A stretch of DNA of 64,000 bases from Pristiophorus japonicus (GCF_044704955.1 NC_091989.1:104346001-104410000), one strand, 5' to 3'. Counted from the stretch's first letter, positions 1 to 14,269 are shown. The notes: a model not told the origin generated them from the sequence alone. Program-made: numbers and translations.

Positions 1-730
1 AACTTTAATCTACATGTAGTATGGGCAAACCAAACTGGTAGCAATACGGTGGAGAGGGATTTCCTGGAGTGTATTAGGGATGGTTTTGTAGACCAATATG
101 TCGAGGAACCAACAGGATGGCTGGCCATCCTCGACTGGGCAATGTGTAATAAGAAAGGACTAATTAGCAATCTTGTTGTGCGAGGCCCCTTGGGAAGAGT
201 AAACATAATATGGTAGAATTATTTATTAAGATGGAGAGTGACACAGTTAATTCAGAGACAAGGCTCCTGAACTTAAGGAAAGGTAACTTCGATGGTATGC
301 GATGTGAATTGACGAGAATACACTGGTGAATGATACTTAAAGGGTTGACCGATGGATAGGCAATGGCAAACATTTAAAGATCACATGGATGAACTTCAAC
401 AATTGTACAACTCTGTCTGGAGTAAAAACAAAACGGGGATCATGGCTCAACCGTGGCTAACAAGAGAAATTAGGGATAGTGTTAATCGAAGGAAGAGGCA
501 TATAAATTGGCCAGAAAAAGCAACAAACCTGAGGACTAGGAGAAATTAAGAACTCAGCAAAGGAGGACAAAGGGTTTAATTAGGAGGGGAAAAATAGAAT
601 ATGAGAGGAAGCTTGCTGAGAATATAAAAACTGACTGCAAAAGATTCTATAAATATGTGAAGAGAAAAAGTTTAGTGAAGACAAACGCAGTTCCCTTGCA
701 GTCAAAATCAGGTGAATTTATAGTGGGGAA
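1..730 (+). mobile_element. CR1 LINE ORF2 fragment (endonuclease-RT linker), family A, cut by window start
   Basis: Translates to pieces such as WQTFKDHMDELQQLY and QPWLTREIRDSV, matching the CR1 copies at 8345-11415 and 53430-58036. Confidence 0.85.
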
Positions 731-2546
731 GAGTCACTAAAGTAAATGTTGGTCCTTTAGAAGATGAGAAGGGGGATTTAGTAATGGGAAATGTGGAAAT
801 GGCTGAGACCTTAAACAATTATTTTGCTTTGGTCTTCACAGTGAAAGACACAAAAACCATGCCAAAAATTGCTGGTCACGGGAATGTGGGAAGGGAGGAC
901 CTTGAGACAATCACTATCACTAGGGAGGTAGTGCTGGACAGGCTAATGGGACTCAAGGTAGACAAGTCCCCTGGTCCTGATGAAATGCATCCCAGGGTAC
1001 TAAAAGAGATGGCAGAAGTTATAGCAGATGCATTCGTTATAATCTACCAACATTTTCTGGACTCATGGGAGGTACCAGTGGATTGGAAAGCAGCTAATGT
1101 AACACCTCTGTTTAAAAAAGGGTCAGACAAAAGGCAGGTAACTACAGGCCAGTTAGTTTAACATCTGTAGTGGGGAAAATGCTTGAAGCTATCATTAAGG
1201 AAGAAATAGTGGGACATCTAGATAGGAATAGTGCAATCAAGCAGACGCAACATGGATTCATGAAGGGGAAAACAGGTTTAACTAATTTACTGGAATTCGT
1301 TGAGGATATAATGAGCATGGTGGATAGAGGTGTACCGATGGATGTGGTGTATTTAAATTTCCAAAATGCATTCGATAAGGTGCCACACAAAAGGTTACTG
1401 CAGAAGATAAAGGTACGCGGAGTCAGAGGAAATGTATTAGCATGGATCGAAAATTGGCTGGCTAACAGAAAGCAGAGTTAGGATAAATGGGTCCTTTTCA
1501 AGTTGGAAATCGGTGGTTAGTGGTGTGCCACAGGGATCAGTGCTGGGACCACAACTGTTTACAAACCTGGAAGAGGAGACAGAGTGTAGTGTAACAAAAT
1601 TTGCAGATGACACAAAGATTAGTGGGAAAGCGGGTTGTGTAGAGGACACAGAGAGGCTGTAAAGAGATTTAGATAGGTTAAGCGAATGGGCTAAGGTTTG
1701 GCAGATGGAATACAATGTCGGTAAATGTGAGGTCATCCACCTTGTTAAAAAAAACAGTAAAAGGGAATATTATTTGAATGGGGATAAATTACAACACGCT
1801 GCGGTGCAGAGGGACCTGGGGGTCCTTGTGCATGAATCCCAAAAAGTTAGTTTGCAGGTGCAGCAGGTAATCAGGAAGGCAAATGGAATGTTGACCTTCA
1901 TTGCGAGAGGGATGGAGTACAAAAGCAGGGATGTCCTGCTGCAACTGTACAGGGTATTGGTGAGGCTGCACCTGGAGTACTGCATGCAGTTTTGGTCACC
2001 TTACCTAAGGAAGGATATACTAGCCTTGGAGGGGGTACAGAGATGATTCACTAGGCTGATTCCGGAGATGAAGGGGTTACCTTATGATGATAGATTGAGC
2101 AGACTGGGTCTTTACTCGTTGGAGTTCAGATGGATGAGGGGTGATCTTATAGAAACATTTAAAATAATGAAAGGGATAGACAAGATAGAGGCAGAGAGGT
2201 TGTTTTCACTGGTCGGGGAGACCAGAACTAAGGGGCACAGCCTCAAAATATGGGGGAGCCAATTTAAAACCGAGTTGAGAAGGAATTTCTTCTCCCAGAG
2301 GGTTGTGAATCTGTGGAATTCTCTGCCCAAGGAAGCAGTTGAGGCTAGCTCATTGAATGTATTCAAATCATAGATAGATAGATTTTTAACCAATAAGGGA
2401 ATTAAGGTTTATGGGGAGCGGGCGGGTAAGTGGAGCTGAGTCCACGGCCAGATCAGCCATGATCTTGTTGAATGGCGGAGCAGGCTCGAGGGGCTAGATG
2501 GCCTACTCCTGTTCCTAATTCTTATGTTCTTATGTTCTTATGTTCT
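731..2546 (+). mobile_element. 5'-truncated CR1 LINE (RT and 3'UTR), family B
   Basis: RT motifs KSPGPDEMHPRVLKE, QHGFMKGK, KFADDT, LYSLEFR; 3' tail of TTCTTATG repeats ending ~2546. Confidence 0.9.
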
Positions 2547-3291
2547 AATGCAATGAAACCTGGGTGTCATGCTACATCAGTCATTGAAAATTGGCATGCA
2601 GGTACATTAGGCAGTGAAGAAGGCAAATGGCATGTTGGCCTTCATAGCTAGGGGATTTGAGTATAGGAGCAGGGAGGTCTTAATGCAGTTGTACATGGCC
2701 TTGGTGAGGCCTCACCTGGAATATTGTGTTCAGTTTTGGTATCCTAATCTGAGGAAGGACGTTCTTGCTATTGAGGGAGTGCAACGAAGGTTCACCAGAC
2801 TGATTCCCGGGATGCCCGGACTGACATGTGAGGAGAGACTGGATCGATTGGGCCTGTATTCACTGGAGTTCAGAAGAATGAGAGGGGATCTCATCAAAAT
2901 ATATAAAATTCTGACAAGACTGGACAGGTTAGATGCAGGAAGAATGTTCCCGATATTGGGGAAGTCGAGACCCAGGTGTCACAGTCTAAGGATAAGGGAT
3001 GAGCCATTTAGGTCCGAGATGAGGAGAAACTTCTTCACTCAGAGAGTTGTTAACCTCTGGAATTCTCTAGCGCAGAACATTGTTGATGTCAGTTTGTTAG
3101 ATATATTCAAGAGGGAGTTAGATATGGCCCTGATGGCTAATGGGATCAAGGGGTATGGAGAGAAAGCAGGAAAGGGGTACGGAGGTGAATGATCAGGCAT
3201 GATCTTATTGAATGGTGGTGCAGGCTCAAAGGGCCGAATGGCCTACTCCTGCACCTATTTTCTATGTTTCTATGTTTCTATGTTTCTATGT
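2547..3291 (+). mobile_element. CR1 LINE 3' end, family A
   Basis: ORF 2614-3192 (RPHLEYCVQFW...RRNFFTQRVVNLWNSL); (TTTCTATG)n tail at ~3258-3291. Confidence 0.9.
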
Positions 3292-5950
3292 TTACAACCC
3301 TCTGAGAGAAGAAATTTCTCCTGATCTCTGTTTTAAAAGGGTGGCCCCTTATTCTAAGATCATGTCCTCTAGTTCAAGTCTCCCCCATCAGTGAAAACAT
3401 TCTCTGTGCGTCCACCTTGTCAAGCCCCCTCATAATCTTATACATTTTAATAAGATCACCTCTCATTCTTTTGAATTCCAGTGAGTACAGGCCCATCTTA
3501 CTTAAACTTTCCTCATAAGTCAAGCCCCCCATTCCCGGATTCAACCTCGTGAACCTTCTCTGAACTGCCTCCAAAGCAAGTATATCCTTTCATAAATATG
3601 GAAACCAAAACTGCACGCAGTATTCCAGGTGTGGCCTCACCAATACCTTATTTAGCTGTATCAAGATTTCCCTTCTTTTATTCACCATTCCCTTTGCAAT
3701 AAAGGCCAAGATGCCATTGGCCTTCCTGATCACTTGCTATACCTGCATGCTATCCTTTTGCATTTCATGCACAAGTGCCCCCAGCTCCCGCTGTACTGCG
3801 GCACTTTGCAATTTTTCTCCATTTAAATAATAACTTGCTCTTTGATGTTTTTCTGCCAAAGTGCATGACCTCATGCTTTCCAACATTATACCCCATCTGC
3901 CAATGTTTTGCCTACTCACTTAGCCTGTCTGTGTCATTTTGCAGATGTTTTGTGTCCTCCTCACACATTGCTTTTCCTCCCATCATTGTATTGTCAGCAA
4001 ACTTGGCTACATTACACTCAGTCCCTTCTTCTAAGTCGTTAATATAGAATTGTAAATAGTTGGGGTCCCAGCACTGATTGCTACCACACCCCACTAGTTA
4101 CTGATTGCCAACCAGAGAATGAACCATTTATCCTGATTCTCTTTTCTGTTAGTTAGCCAATCCTCTATCCATTGCTAATATATTACCCCAAACCCCGTGA
4201 AATTTTATCTTGTGCAGTAACCTTTTGTGTGGCACCTTGTCAAATGCCTTCTGGAAGTCCAAATACACAACATCCACTGGTTCCCCTTTATCCACCCTGT
4301 TCGTTACTTCCTTGAAGAACTCCAGAAAATTCGTCAAACATGACTTCCCCTTCATAAATCCATTCTGACTCTGCCTGACCAAATTTTGCTTTTCAAAATG
4401 GCCTACTCCTGCTTCTTTAATAATGGACTCCAACATTTTCCCAACCACAGACGTTAGGCTAACTGGTCGACAGTTTCCAGCTTTTTGTCTGCCTCCTTTT
4501 GTAAATAGGAGCATTACATTTGCAGTTTTCCAATCTGCTGGGACATCCCCAGGATCCAGGTAATTTTGATAAATTACAACCAATGCATTCACTATCCCTG
4601 TCGCTACTTCTCTTAAGACCCTAGGATGCAAGCCATCAGGTCCAGGGGATTTGTCTGCCTTTAGTCCTATTATCTTACTGAGTACCACGTCCTTAGTGAT
4701 TGTGATTGTGTTAAGTTCCTCCCCTCTATAGCCCCTTGGCTATCCACTATTGGAATATTGTTAGTATCCTCTACCGTAAAGACTGATACAAAATATTTGT
4801 TCAGAGTTTTCCCATCTCCATGTTCTCCATTACTAATTCCCCGGTCTCATCCTCTAAGAGACCAACATTTACTTTAGCCACTCTTTTGCTTTTTATATAT
4901 CTATAGAAACTCTTGCTATCTGTTTTTATATTTTGTGCTAGTTTACTTTCATAGTCTGTCTTCCCTTTCTTAATCATTTTTTTAATCGTTCTTTGCTGGC
5001 TTTTAAAAGCTTCCCAGTCTTCTGACCTTCCATTAGTTTTGGCCACTTTGTATGCCCTTGTTTTTAATTGGATACTGTCCTTAATTTCCATACTTAGCCA
5101 CAGATAGCTATCCCCTTCCTCTTCACTGGAATATATTTTTCTTCAGAGTTGTGAAATATCTCCTTAAATGTACACCACTGGTCATTAATCGATTTTCCCA
5201 GTCCACTTTACCCAACTCTGCCCTCATACCTCATTAGTCTCCTTTATTTAAGCTTAGTATGCTGGTTAGAGATCAAACTTTCTCACCCTCCATCTGGATT
5301 TGAAATTCAATTATGCTATGATCATTCATTCCGAGGGGTTCCTTTACTAGGTGATTGTTTATTAATCCTGTCTCATTACACAGGACAAGATCTAAGATAG
5401 CCTGCCCCCTGGTTGGTTCCGTTACATACTGTTGAAGGAAACCATCCCTTATGCACCCTATGAACTCCACCTCAAGGCTATCCTGACCAATTTGATTTGT
5501 CCAATCAACATGGAGGTTAAAATCACCCATGATTATTGCTGTTCCTTTTTTACAAGCCCTTACTATCTCCTAGTTTATGCTCCGACCAACAGAGCTGCTA
5601 CTGTTAGGGGACCTATAGACTTCGCCCACCAGTGACTTTTTTCCATTATTGTTGCTTACCTCCACCCAAACTGTTTCAACACCCTTATCATTTGATCCAA
5701 CATCGTCTCTTACTATTGCAGTGATTCCATCCTTTATCAATGTAGCTACCTCACCTCCTTTTCCTTTCTGTCCGCCCTTCCAGATTATCAAGTACCCCTG
5801 AATATTTAATTCCCAGTTCTGGTCACCTTGCAACCACGTCTCTAAAATGACTATCAGATCATACCCATTAGTCTCAATTTGTGCGTCAACTCATCTATTT
5901 TGTTACAAATGCAACGTGCATTTATACAAAGTTCCTTTAAGTTTGTTTTT
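3292..5950 (-). mobile_element. CR1 LINE ORF2 (APE endonuclease and RT), degenerate
   Basis: Minus-strand ORFs with [34 protein letters not shown]. Confidence 0.9.
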
Positions 5951-6341
5951 TTCCTCTTCTAAACGGGTTCGGAAAATTGTTGTACAAAGCACACAGCGAA
6001 CAGTTACATAAGGAAAGCAGAAAATCTTTCCACTCCTCAGCCCTCGCACCATTCACCGCGATTAATGCAAAATTCACCCTAGCCGATTTTTAAAAGGGGG
6101 AAATGGAGTTTGAAGCTGCGTTATAGTAAAGTAAGAAATATTCAAAATCAGATTCCACTTCGTTTGTGCATTTCATGCGTTCGGTGAAACAAATGCTGAT
6201 ATAATTTAGCGGTGTGCAGATATTAATTGTGGCGTCATATTTCAATAACACTGACTGAAGGTCGCGCAAACACCAAATAATTTTACTGACCAGAATATTC
6301 ACTGTTCATTTTAGAATGATTGCTAACGGGAGAATCGTGCG

Positions 6342-6440
6342 TTCTTCTTCAATAATGCCATCGTATATTTTACTTCTTCCTAAACAGGTAGTCCTTAGTT
6401 AATACAGCACTGCAAACAATGCAGAATTCCCTCAGTACCA
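6342..6440 (-). mobile_element. Short fragment of a Deu-domain (SacSINE1-like) SINE
   Basis: Reverse complement resembles the SINE at 52537-52930 (ctgagggaattctgcattg...gaagaaga). Confidence 0.45.
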
Positions 6441-7444
6441 TATATTATATCCGTGCACACCACCTGTCAACTTTACCATTAAACATTCCTATACCCGCCT
6501 TTAAAATGGCATTTTTTTCTTTAAGTTTTTCAAGCTGTAAATATGTCCTCTCCGCGTTAGACTCATTGCAGCGCCGTCACTGGCAGGAGGGCATAATTGC
6601 AGCCTAACGGGTTTAGATTGGAAATGTTAATTATACAAGTAAATTCTACCGGACAGAATGTGTACGACTTTGAATGGCATCGAGATAGATATGGATGGAC
6701 CAGTACAAATATCACACAGCCTCTAACCCTGCTTCACCTGATGACTAATCACCAGTTTGACACGCCTTGTGCAGTGCTATGGGAGATTGGCAGTTTTTTA
6801 AGAAAATTTACCTAAACTTAAAAAAATGGTAGATTTACATAATATAAGCAGAGCAAATTACTTATGACCAGTTGCGCTACAAGAAGACAATAGGCCTTCG
6901 TGAACAGGGTCATATCATTCTGTGGAATATTTCAGCAGCTCCTGTTGCTGAACATTAATTTTCCTACTTAGAAACAGGATGAGGACGGGAGTTCAAGTTA
7001 CATTAAAATTAATTAAAAGGGGCAATTTTCCTCTTCTTGTACTTGGAAAAGAGCGCTGGGACTTGCAGCCCAGTTCTTCCCGACCATTTGAACCAAGCTT
7101 ACCCTAGCCCACTCCAAACTATACTGCGAAACCCTGAGAAACCATTCACGTACTTCAGACCCTGATCCATTTCCCAGTGCGTCCTGGTCCTATGACTGGC
7201 CCGAATTCTGACCTGATTCAATGGGAGAACAAACATGCGGACAATATTTTTCCAATTATTTGTTGAATTCGATGGCTGCCTAATAGCAGAACCGTCATCA
7301 AATTTCACTTCACAGACGAAAGCTATTTTGTGAACCACCAGTCACAGGATGTGAAACGTCATTGATGCGCATTTCAGATTAAACTTCTTATAGGGCAAAC
7401 ACACGGTCAATACAGTCAATGAACAGTTGAATCTTTTGCTCGGG

Positions 7445-7505
7445 ATGTTGTGGACTGTGAAGTTTCTGTTCCTGTTCCTATCTCTGCCGGGGATCATTTA
7501 CACAG
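7445..7505 (+). CDS. IgSF receptor gene 1 exon 1: signal peptide MLWTVKFLFLFLSLPGIIYT
   Basis: ATG at 7445, hydrophobic 20-mer, phase-1 donor G|gtatct at 7506, in frame with the V exon. Confidence 0.85.
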
Positions 7506-7689
7506 GTATCTATTTATTCTGTACCCAACTGTCCAAATAAAAAAAATCCTAAGTAGTTACCACACCAATTGAATGAAATGTCGTTTGTCCGTCTGTAATC
7601 TTCTTTTTCCTTTGCATTCCCATGTATAAATGTGCTTCTGGATCCGCATAGAATACAATTGACCAAACTTTGAATATGTTTTCTAACAG

Positions 7690-7998
7690 CTTCGATCAGC
7701 GTGTCCCAATCTCCCGAACAAGTAAGTAAATTAAGGGGGACAAACATCACCTTTTACTGCGTAATCCCCCTTTCTCATGACAATTCGGGGGTAGAAGTGC
7801 GTTGGTGGAAACAGGGTGAGAATGAATATGTACAAACAGGAGCCGATAACAGAAAACGAGTCGGTGTCAAAAATAAAGGAGGCGGTTTCTTTGAGTTGCT
7901 GAGCGTAACTATCCAGGACACTGGAATCTATCATTGCGCAGTGATCCGTCAGGGAACAATTATTGGAAATGGAACAGGATCACATCTAACTGTGATCG
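7690..7998 (+). CDS. Gene 1 exon 2: Ig V-set domain with germline-joined J-like strand
   Basis: Acceptor aacag|, 309 nt, phase 1-1; motifs TNITFYC, VRWW, DTGIYHC, GNGTGSHLTVI; donor gtaagt. Confidence 0.93.
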
Positions 7999-8344
7999 GT
8001 AAGTGACCGGAGTGAGCGGGAAGGATCACATGTACCAAATGTAATAAGGATCATGTTTTGTCATTGTTTGATTGCATCCGCTTTGATATTATAAAACGTA
8101 TATTTGTACATTAAGAGTGAAACTTTGCACACAATTGCTAATTATACGGCAAAATATGACATTTAATTTTCTGAGTTGTGTAAAATGACATCAATATTAC
8201 CCAGAGTAATTAACATGCTACTAAAGCAATGTACTGCGGATGTTGAAAATCTGAAATATAAAAAGAAAATGTTGGAAATATTCAGCAGTTCGGGCATCTG
8301 TGGAGAAAGGAACAGTGTTAACGTTTCAAGTATATGACCTGTAG

Positions 8345-11300
8345 CATAGAAACATAGAAAATAGGTGCAGGAGTAGGCCATTCGGCCCTTCTAGCCTGCA
8401 CCGCCATTCAATGAGTTCATGGCTGAACATGCAACTTCAGTACCCCATTCCTGCTTTCACGCCATACCCCTTGATCCCCCTAGTAGTAAGGACTTCATCT
8501 TACTCCTTCTTGAATATATTTAGTGAATTGGTCTCAACAACTTTCTGTGGTAGAGAATTCCACAGGTTCACCACTCTCTGGGTGAAGAAGTTCCTCCTCA
8601 TCTCGGTCCTAAATGGCTTACCCCTTATCCTTAGACTGTAACCCCTGGTTCTGGACTTCCCCAACATTGGGAACATTCTTCCTGCATCTAACTTGTCTGA
8701 ACCCATCAGAATTTTAAACGTTTCTATGAGGTCCCCTCTCATTCTTCTGAACTCCAGTGAATACAAGCCCAGTTGATCCAGTCTTTCTTGATATGTCAGT
8801 CCCGCCATCCCGGGAATCAGTCTGGTGAACCTTCGCTGCACTCCCTCAATAGCAAGAATGTCCTTCCTCAAGTTAGGAGACCAAAACTGTACACAATACT
8901 CCAGGTGTGGCCTCACCAAGGCCCTCTACAACTGTAGCAACACCTCTCTGCCCCTGTACTCAAATCCCCTCGCTATGAAGGCCAACATGCCATTTGCTTT
9001 CTTAACCGCCTGCTGTACCTGCATGCCAACCTTCAACGACTGATGTACCATGACACCCAGGTCTCGTTGCACCTCCCCTTTTCCTAATCTGTCACCATTC
9101 AGATAATAGTCTGTCTCTCTGTTTTTATCACCAAAGTGGATAACCTCACATTTATCCACATTATACTTCATCTGCCATCTATTTGCCCACTCACCTAACC
9201 TATCCAAGTCACTCTGCAGCCTCATAGCATCCTCCTTGCAGCTCACACTGCCACCCAACTTAGTGTCATCCGCAAATTTGGAGATACTACATTTAATCCC
9301 CTCGTCTAAATCATTAATATACAGTGTAAACAGGGGCCCCAGCACAGAACCTTGCGGTACCGCACTAGTCACTGCCTGCCATTCTGAAAAGTACCCATTT
9401 ACTCCTACTCTTTGCTTCCTGTCTGACAACCAGTTCTCAATCCATGTCAGCACACTACCCCCAATCCCATGTGCTTTAACTTTGCACATTAATCTCTTGT
9501 GTGGGACCTTGTCGAAAGCCTTCTGAAAGTCCAAATATACCACACCAACTGGTCCCCCCTTGTCCACTCTACTGGAAACATCCTCAAAAAATTCCAGAAG
9601 ATTTGTCAAGCATGATTTCCCTTTCACAAATCCATGCTGACTTGGACCTATCATGTCACCTCTTTCCAAATGCACTGCTATGACATCCTTAATAATTGAT
9701 TCCATCATTTTACCCACTACTGAGGTCAGGCTGACTGGTCTATAATTCCCTGTTTTCTCTCTACATCCTTTTTTAAAAAGTGGGGTTACATTGGCTACCC
9801 TCCACTCGATAGGAACTGACCCAGAGTCAATGGAATGTTGGAAAATGACTGTCAATGCATCTGCTATTTCCAAGGCCACCTCCTAAAGTACTCTGGGATG
9901 CAGTCCATCAGGCCCTGGGGATTTATCGGCCTTCAATCCCATCAATTTCCCCAACACAATTTCCCGACTAATAAGGATTTCCCTTAGTTCCTCCTCCTTA
10001 CTAAACCCTCTGACCCCTTTTATATCCGGAAGATTGTTTGTGTCCTCCTTAGTGAATACCGAGTCAAAATACTTGTTCAATTGGTCTGCCATTTCTTTGT
10101 TCCCCGTTATGACTTCCCCTGATTCTGACTGCAGGGGATCTACGTTTGTCTTTGCTAACCTTTTTCTCTTTACATATCTATCGAAACTTTTGCAATCCGT
10201 CTTAATGTTCCCTGCAAGCTTCTTCTCGTACTCCATTTTCCCTGCCCTAATCAAACCCTTTGTCCTCCTCTGCTGAGTTCTAAATTTCTCCCAGTCCCCG
10301 GATTCACTGCTATTTCTGGCCAATTTGTATGCCACTTCGTTGGCTTTAATACTGTCCATGATTTCCCTTGATAGCCACGGTTGAGCCACCTTCCCTTTTT
10401 TATTTTTACGCCAGACAGGAATGTACAATTGTTGTAGTTCATCCATGCGGTCTCTAAATGTCTGCCATTGCCCATCCACAGTCAACCCCTTAAGTATCAT
10501 TCGCCAATCTATCCTAGCCAATTCACGCCTCATACCTTCAAAGTTACCCTTATTTAAGTTCTGGACCATGGTCTCTGAATTAACTGTTTCATTTTCCATC
10601 CTAATGCAGAATTCCACCATATTATGGTCACTCTTCCCCAAAGGGCCTCGCACAACGAGATTGCTAATTAATCCTCTCTCATTACACAACACCCAGTCGA
10701 AGATGGCCTACCCCTAGTTGGTTCCTCGACATATTGGTCTAGAAAACCATCCCTTATGCACTCCAGGAAATCTTCCTCCACCGTATTGCTTCCAGTTTGG
10801 TTAGCCCAATCTATGCGCATATTAAAGTCACCCATGATAACTGCTGCACCTTTATTGCATGCACCCCTGATTTCCTATTTGATGCCCTCCCCAACATCAC
10901 TACTACTGTTTGGAAGTCTGTACATAACTCCCACTAACGTTTTTTGCCCTTTGGTGTTCTGCAGCTCTACCCATATAGATTCCACATCATCCAAGCTAAT
11001 GTCCTTCCTAACTATTGCATTAATCTCCTCCTTAACCAGCAATGCTATCCCGCCTCCTTTTCCTTTTATTCTATCCTTCCTGAATGTTGAATACCCCTGG
11101 ATGTTGAGTTCCCAGCCCTGATCATCCTGGAGCCACGTCTCTGTTATCCCAATCACGTCATATTTGTTAACATCTATTTGCACAGTTAATTCATCCACCT
11201 TACTACGGATACTCCTTACATTAAGACACAAAGCCTTCAGACTTGTTTTTTTTAACACCCTTTGTCCATTTAGAATTTTGCTGTACAGTGGCCATTTTTG

Positions 11301-11415
11301 TTCTTTGCCTTGTGTTTCTCTGCCCTCCACTTTTCCTCATCTCCTTTCTGTCTTTTGCTTTTGTCTCCTTTTTGTTTCCCTCTGTCTCCCTGCATTGGTT
11401 CCCATCCCCCTGCAA
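8345..11415 (-). mobile_element. CR1 LINE (near-complete ORF2) in intron 2 of gene 1
   Basis: APE motifs (CLNVRSI, ITETW, SDH) and RT ORF 8926-9879; catagaaa tail; candidate TSD GTAGCAT at 8341-8347 and 11416-11422. Confidence 0.92.
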
Positions 11416-12059
11416 GTAGCATGTTACTGGATTCATCTCAAAAAATATTTCTTTACATCAGACGTCTGGTGATGGAAGTTGCAGAACAAATTCCAAATAT
11501 ATTGATGACTGGCTGAAAATATTTTCTTTTAATGCCCCACTCCAGTCATATACACGATTCTTGCTCCATTTTAGATAATCTGTTTTCCCCGTCGCTGTAA
11601 GTGAGGTTTGACTTTCTCTCTTATGAAATTAATGATAATATACTGACAGGTTGATTCCCGTGACGGACTTCTAATCAGTGTAAATTAACTGTTCATCAAT
11701 GGATTCACTCAAAAAACTGGACCTCGATTGCCGCGTCTTTCACCTCCAATACATAAACCATTTCCAGGGACTGTTGTTGCCGCCTTTTGACACTGAAGAG
11801 AATGTAATTTCGCAAATCGGTTATCATGCTCCGGCTGTGTGAGCTGTCCGACATTCACTTCGCCCCTGCTTTATTATCGGCAATCGACATATAATATTTA
11901 TTTATCTCCTGGGGAGCTGGGGAGACAGACAGACCGAGAGTTAAGAACAAACAGGGAACGACTGAGGATACCATTCATCTCCCATAATTTGTATGTAATA
12001 CACCCCACCCCCCACCGCCCCACCCAGTAATCTGATTTCCCCCATTCTCTGTTCCACAG

Positions 12060-12386
12060 CTGCCCCAACTCCATTGAAGATTGTCTCCAGGACATCCAAG
12101 AGCAATTCATCTGCGTCTCTGTCTCTTGTGTGTGAAACGGCGGAGTTTTACCCGGGCGATTTAACACTCGTTTGGTATAAAAATGGCACTAAAACCGCAA
12201 CTGGGATTAATTCCAATAAACGGAAGAACACTGAGGGACTGTATGAAATGTCCAGCTCTTTGGAAGAGACGCAGCCTGAGCCGAACGGGGCAGTTTACAT
12301 CTGTTTGGTGATTCATACCACCCTCGGGACACCCGTCATTGCCATCCACACTGTTAGCAATTGCGATACACGTACGCGGCCAACAG
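12060..12386 (+). CDS. Gene 1 exon 3: Ig C1-set domain
   Basis: Acceptor ccacag|, 327 nt, phase 1-1; LVCETAEFYPGDLTLVWYKNG...YEMSSSL...YICLVIHTTL (C1 signatures FYP and YxCxVxH); donor gtgagg. Confidence 0.93.
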
Positions 12387-13515
12387 GTGAGGTCAGCTGC
12401 TGTAAATTCTGAAAGGGTATTTTATAAAGTTGTTAGTATTAATAATCATAAAGATAGTTAGGGAAACACCGCCCGGGATATATCAAAGAATAGAAAAAAA
12501 TTATGTTTCAATCTAAAAATATTGACCGAGACTTGTGTAAAACCAGAAGTAATATTATCGCCCTTCACCCAGAAGCTGCTTGCTAAACCTCGACGACTTC
12601 CAAATTGCAAAAAATACATGAGCAGGTTGTGTAGCTCTTCCATCCAATTATTTTACATGTCGTGTTTATTATTAAACATTCAAATGTGTCCTCTTGTTAA
12701 ATCGATTTTATTCTTTCTCATTATCTGGTTTCCTTACATGAGCTGCAGGACCAGAAGCGGCAGTTCTTTTGTCCGCCTCGCGTGTCGGCCAGTGCGGCTC
12801 CTGATCCCGGCCTTTGTTGGGCAATTCACTCTGAATTGGTCAAGAATTAGCCTTGCGGACTGGCCGTAGCGCGAACGCTCCATGATACAGAGATTTGGAG
12901 CGGGAACCCGTTTTATACAATTCATTCCGACTGAGACCCAGATCTGTTTGCACTACAATCGGTTACAAGACGTCAGTTTATTAAAACCTACTTTTCTGTA
13001 AATAACAAATACACGAGTGCGAGTTTCCTTTCCCATTCAGGGACAGTTTTACTTCAGTAAATATATTGCAGAGAATCGCATTTGCATTTTAACCCAATTG
13101 ACACAATCGTCTTTTCCTTCGGCAATGGCGAGTCACGTGTCACTGAATGACCGCAATGTCATCAAACAATAGTTTAATAGCAAAAGAAAAGTCAACCACA
13201 AAAACAAGCCTTTCTGTCCATCGAAAATTATTCATCTGGACTTCTAACTCTCCCAAACCAATGCTCACAACAAATTTAACCGATAATTCCCCCGCAGATT
13301 ATTCAGGCCGAGCATAAATCTTTAAAAGAAGTTCTTTTTGATATCGGACATAAAAAGATAAATTAGGATTATTTTCAAATGCCCCTTTCTCGTGCTATAC
13401 TGCGTAGTTGCTGGAAATATGAGCAGTATTTTAACCAACAAATAATCCTGAGGTCTCTTTTCAGGTAACCACAGCCACAAATTAGAAATCAGTATCTATC
13501 CTTTTAATCTTGCAG

Positions 13516-13626
13516 ATCTTGATGGTAAATATGGTTTCATCTGGAGATCTGGGTGTGCGCTGGGTGGATTGGCCTTTCTGGTGTTCATGATCATCATTGG
13601 GACGAGGTGGCGTTTGAAGAATAAAG
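13516..13626 (+). CDS. Gene 1 exon 4: transmembrane exon DLDGKYGFIWRSGCALGGLAFLVFMIIIGTRWRLKNK
   Basis: Acceptor ttgcag|, 111 nt, phase 1-1, hydrophobic stretch followed by basic stop-transfer residues; donor gtaagt. Confidence 0.88.
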
Positions 13627-14269
13627 GTAAGTATTACGTTAAGCGTTTGATATAATACAAATCTTTAGAGGGATAGCGAGAGCGTCCTGGGCGGCGCAGG
13701 AGGACGATTATTACTTAAAGGTTAAGGTTATATTATGGGATGTCACAGAACAAAAATCATTTGTTGCAAACTGCACTGAATTTTTCATCTTACAATGGAA
13801 GAATAATCACGGAATGAGACAATAACGGATCTGATCATCTGGATATTAAAAGCGGAAATTCTCACTTTGTGGCAGATGATAAGTGAAATCTGATCGATTG
13901 TTTCATCACTTTAAGGCCTGTGACTAGTTTGGGTAAAGTGCTGTCAGTGTCCAGTCACGAGTCGATGTAAGGACTGTTGATGGTTACAGTGATTGGGATT
14001 TGCAACACAGCCCGAAAAATGTGCTATCACAAAATAACTGCGGATGAGGAAAGCGATTTGATCCACCCCGACAAATAGAATCTTTCCCCCAGTGTAGAAT
14101 CCAGCTGTCTGTTAAGAGGTCCCAGGTCGTTTGTCTCATTTGCTGTATGTGGAAATTTGTTCCTCATGTTGATCTCCCTGCGAAGAAAAAATTCCTGATG
14201 TCATGCGTAAAATTCACGTTCACTAGATTTTAGTTCAGGCCTCGCAGTTAAATATCTGGCACTGTACGG

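Noticed and set aside
7690-8060. Rearranging Ig/TCR V segment
   Set aside because: No heptamer/nonamer RSS; the J-like strand and splice donor are in the same exon
12387-12412. Secreted V-C1 isoform by read-through (GEVSCCKF*)
   Set aside because: Short read-through to a stop is expected by chance; no transcript evidence
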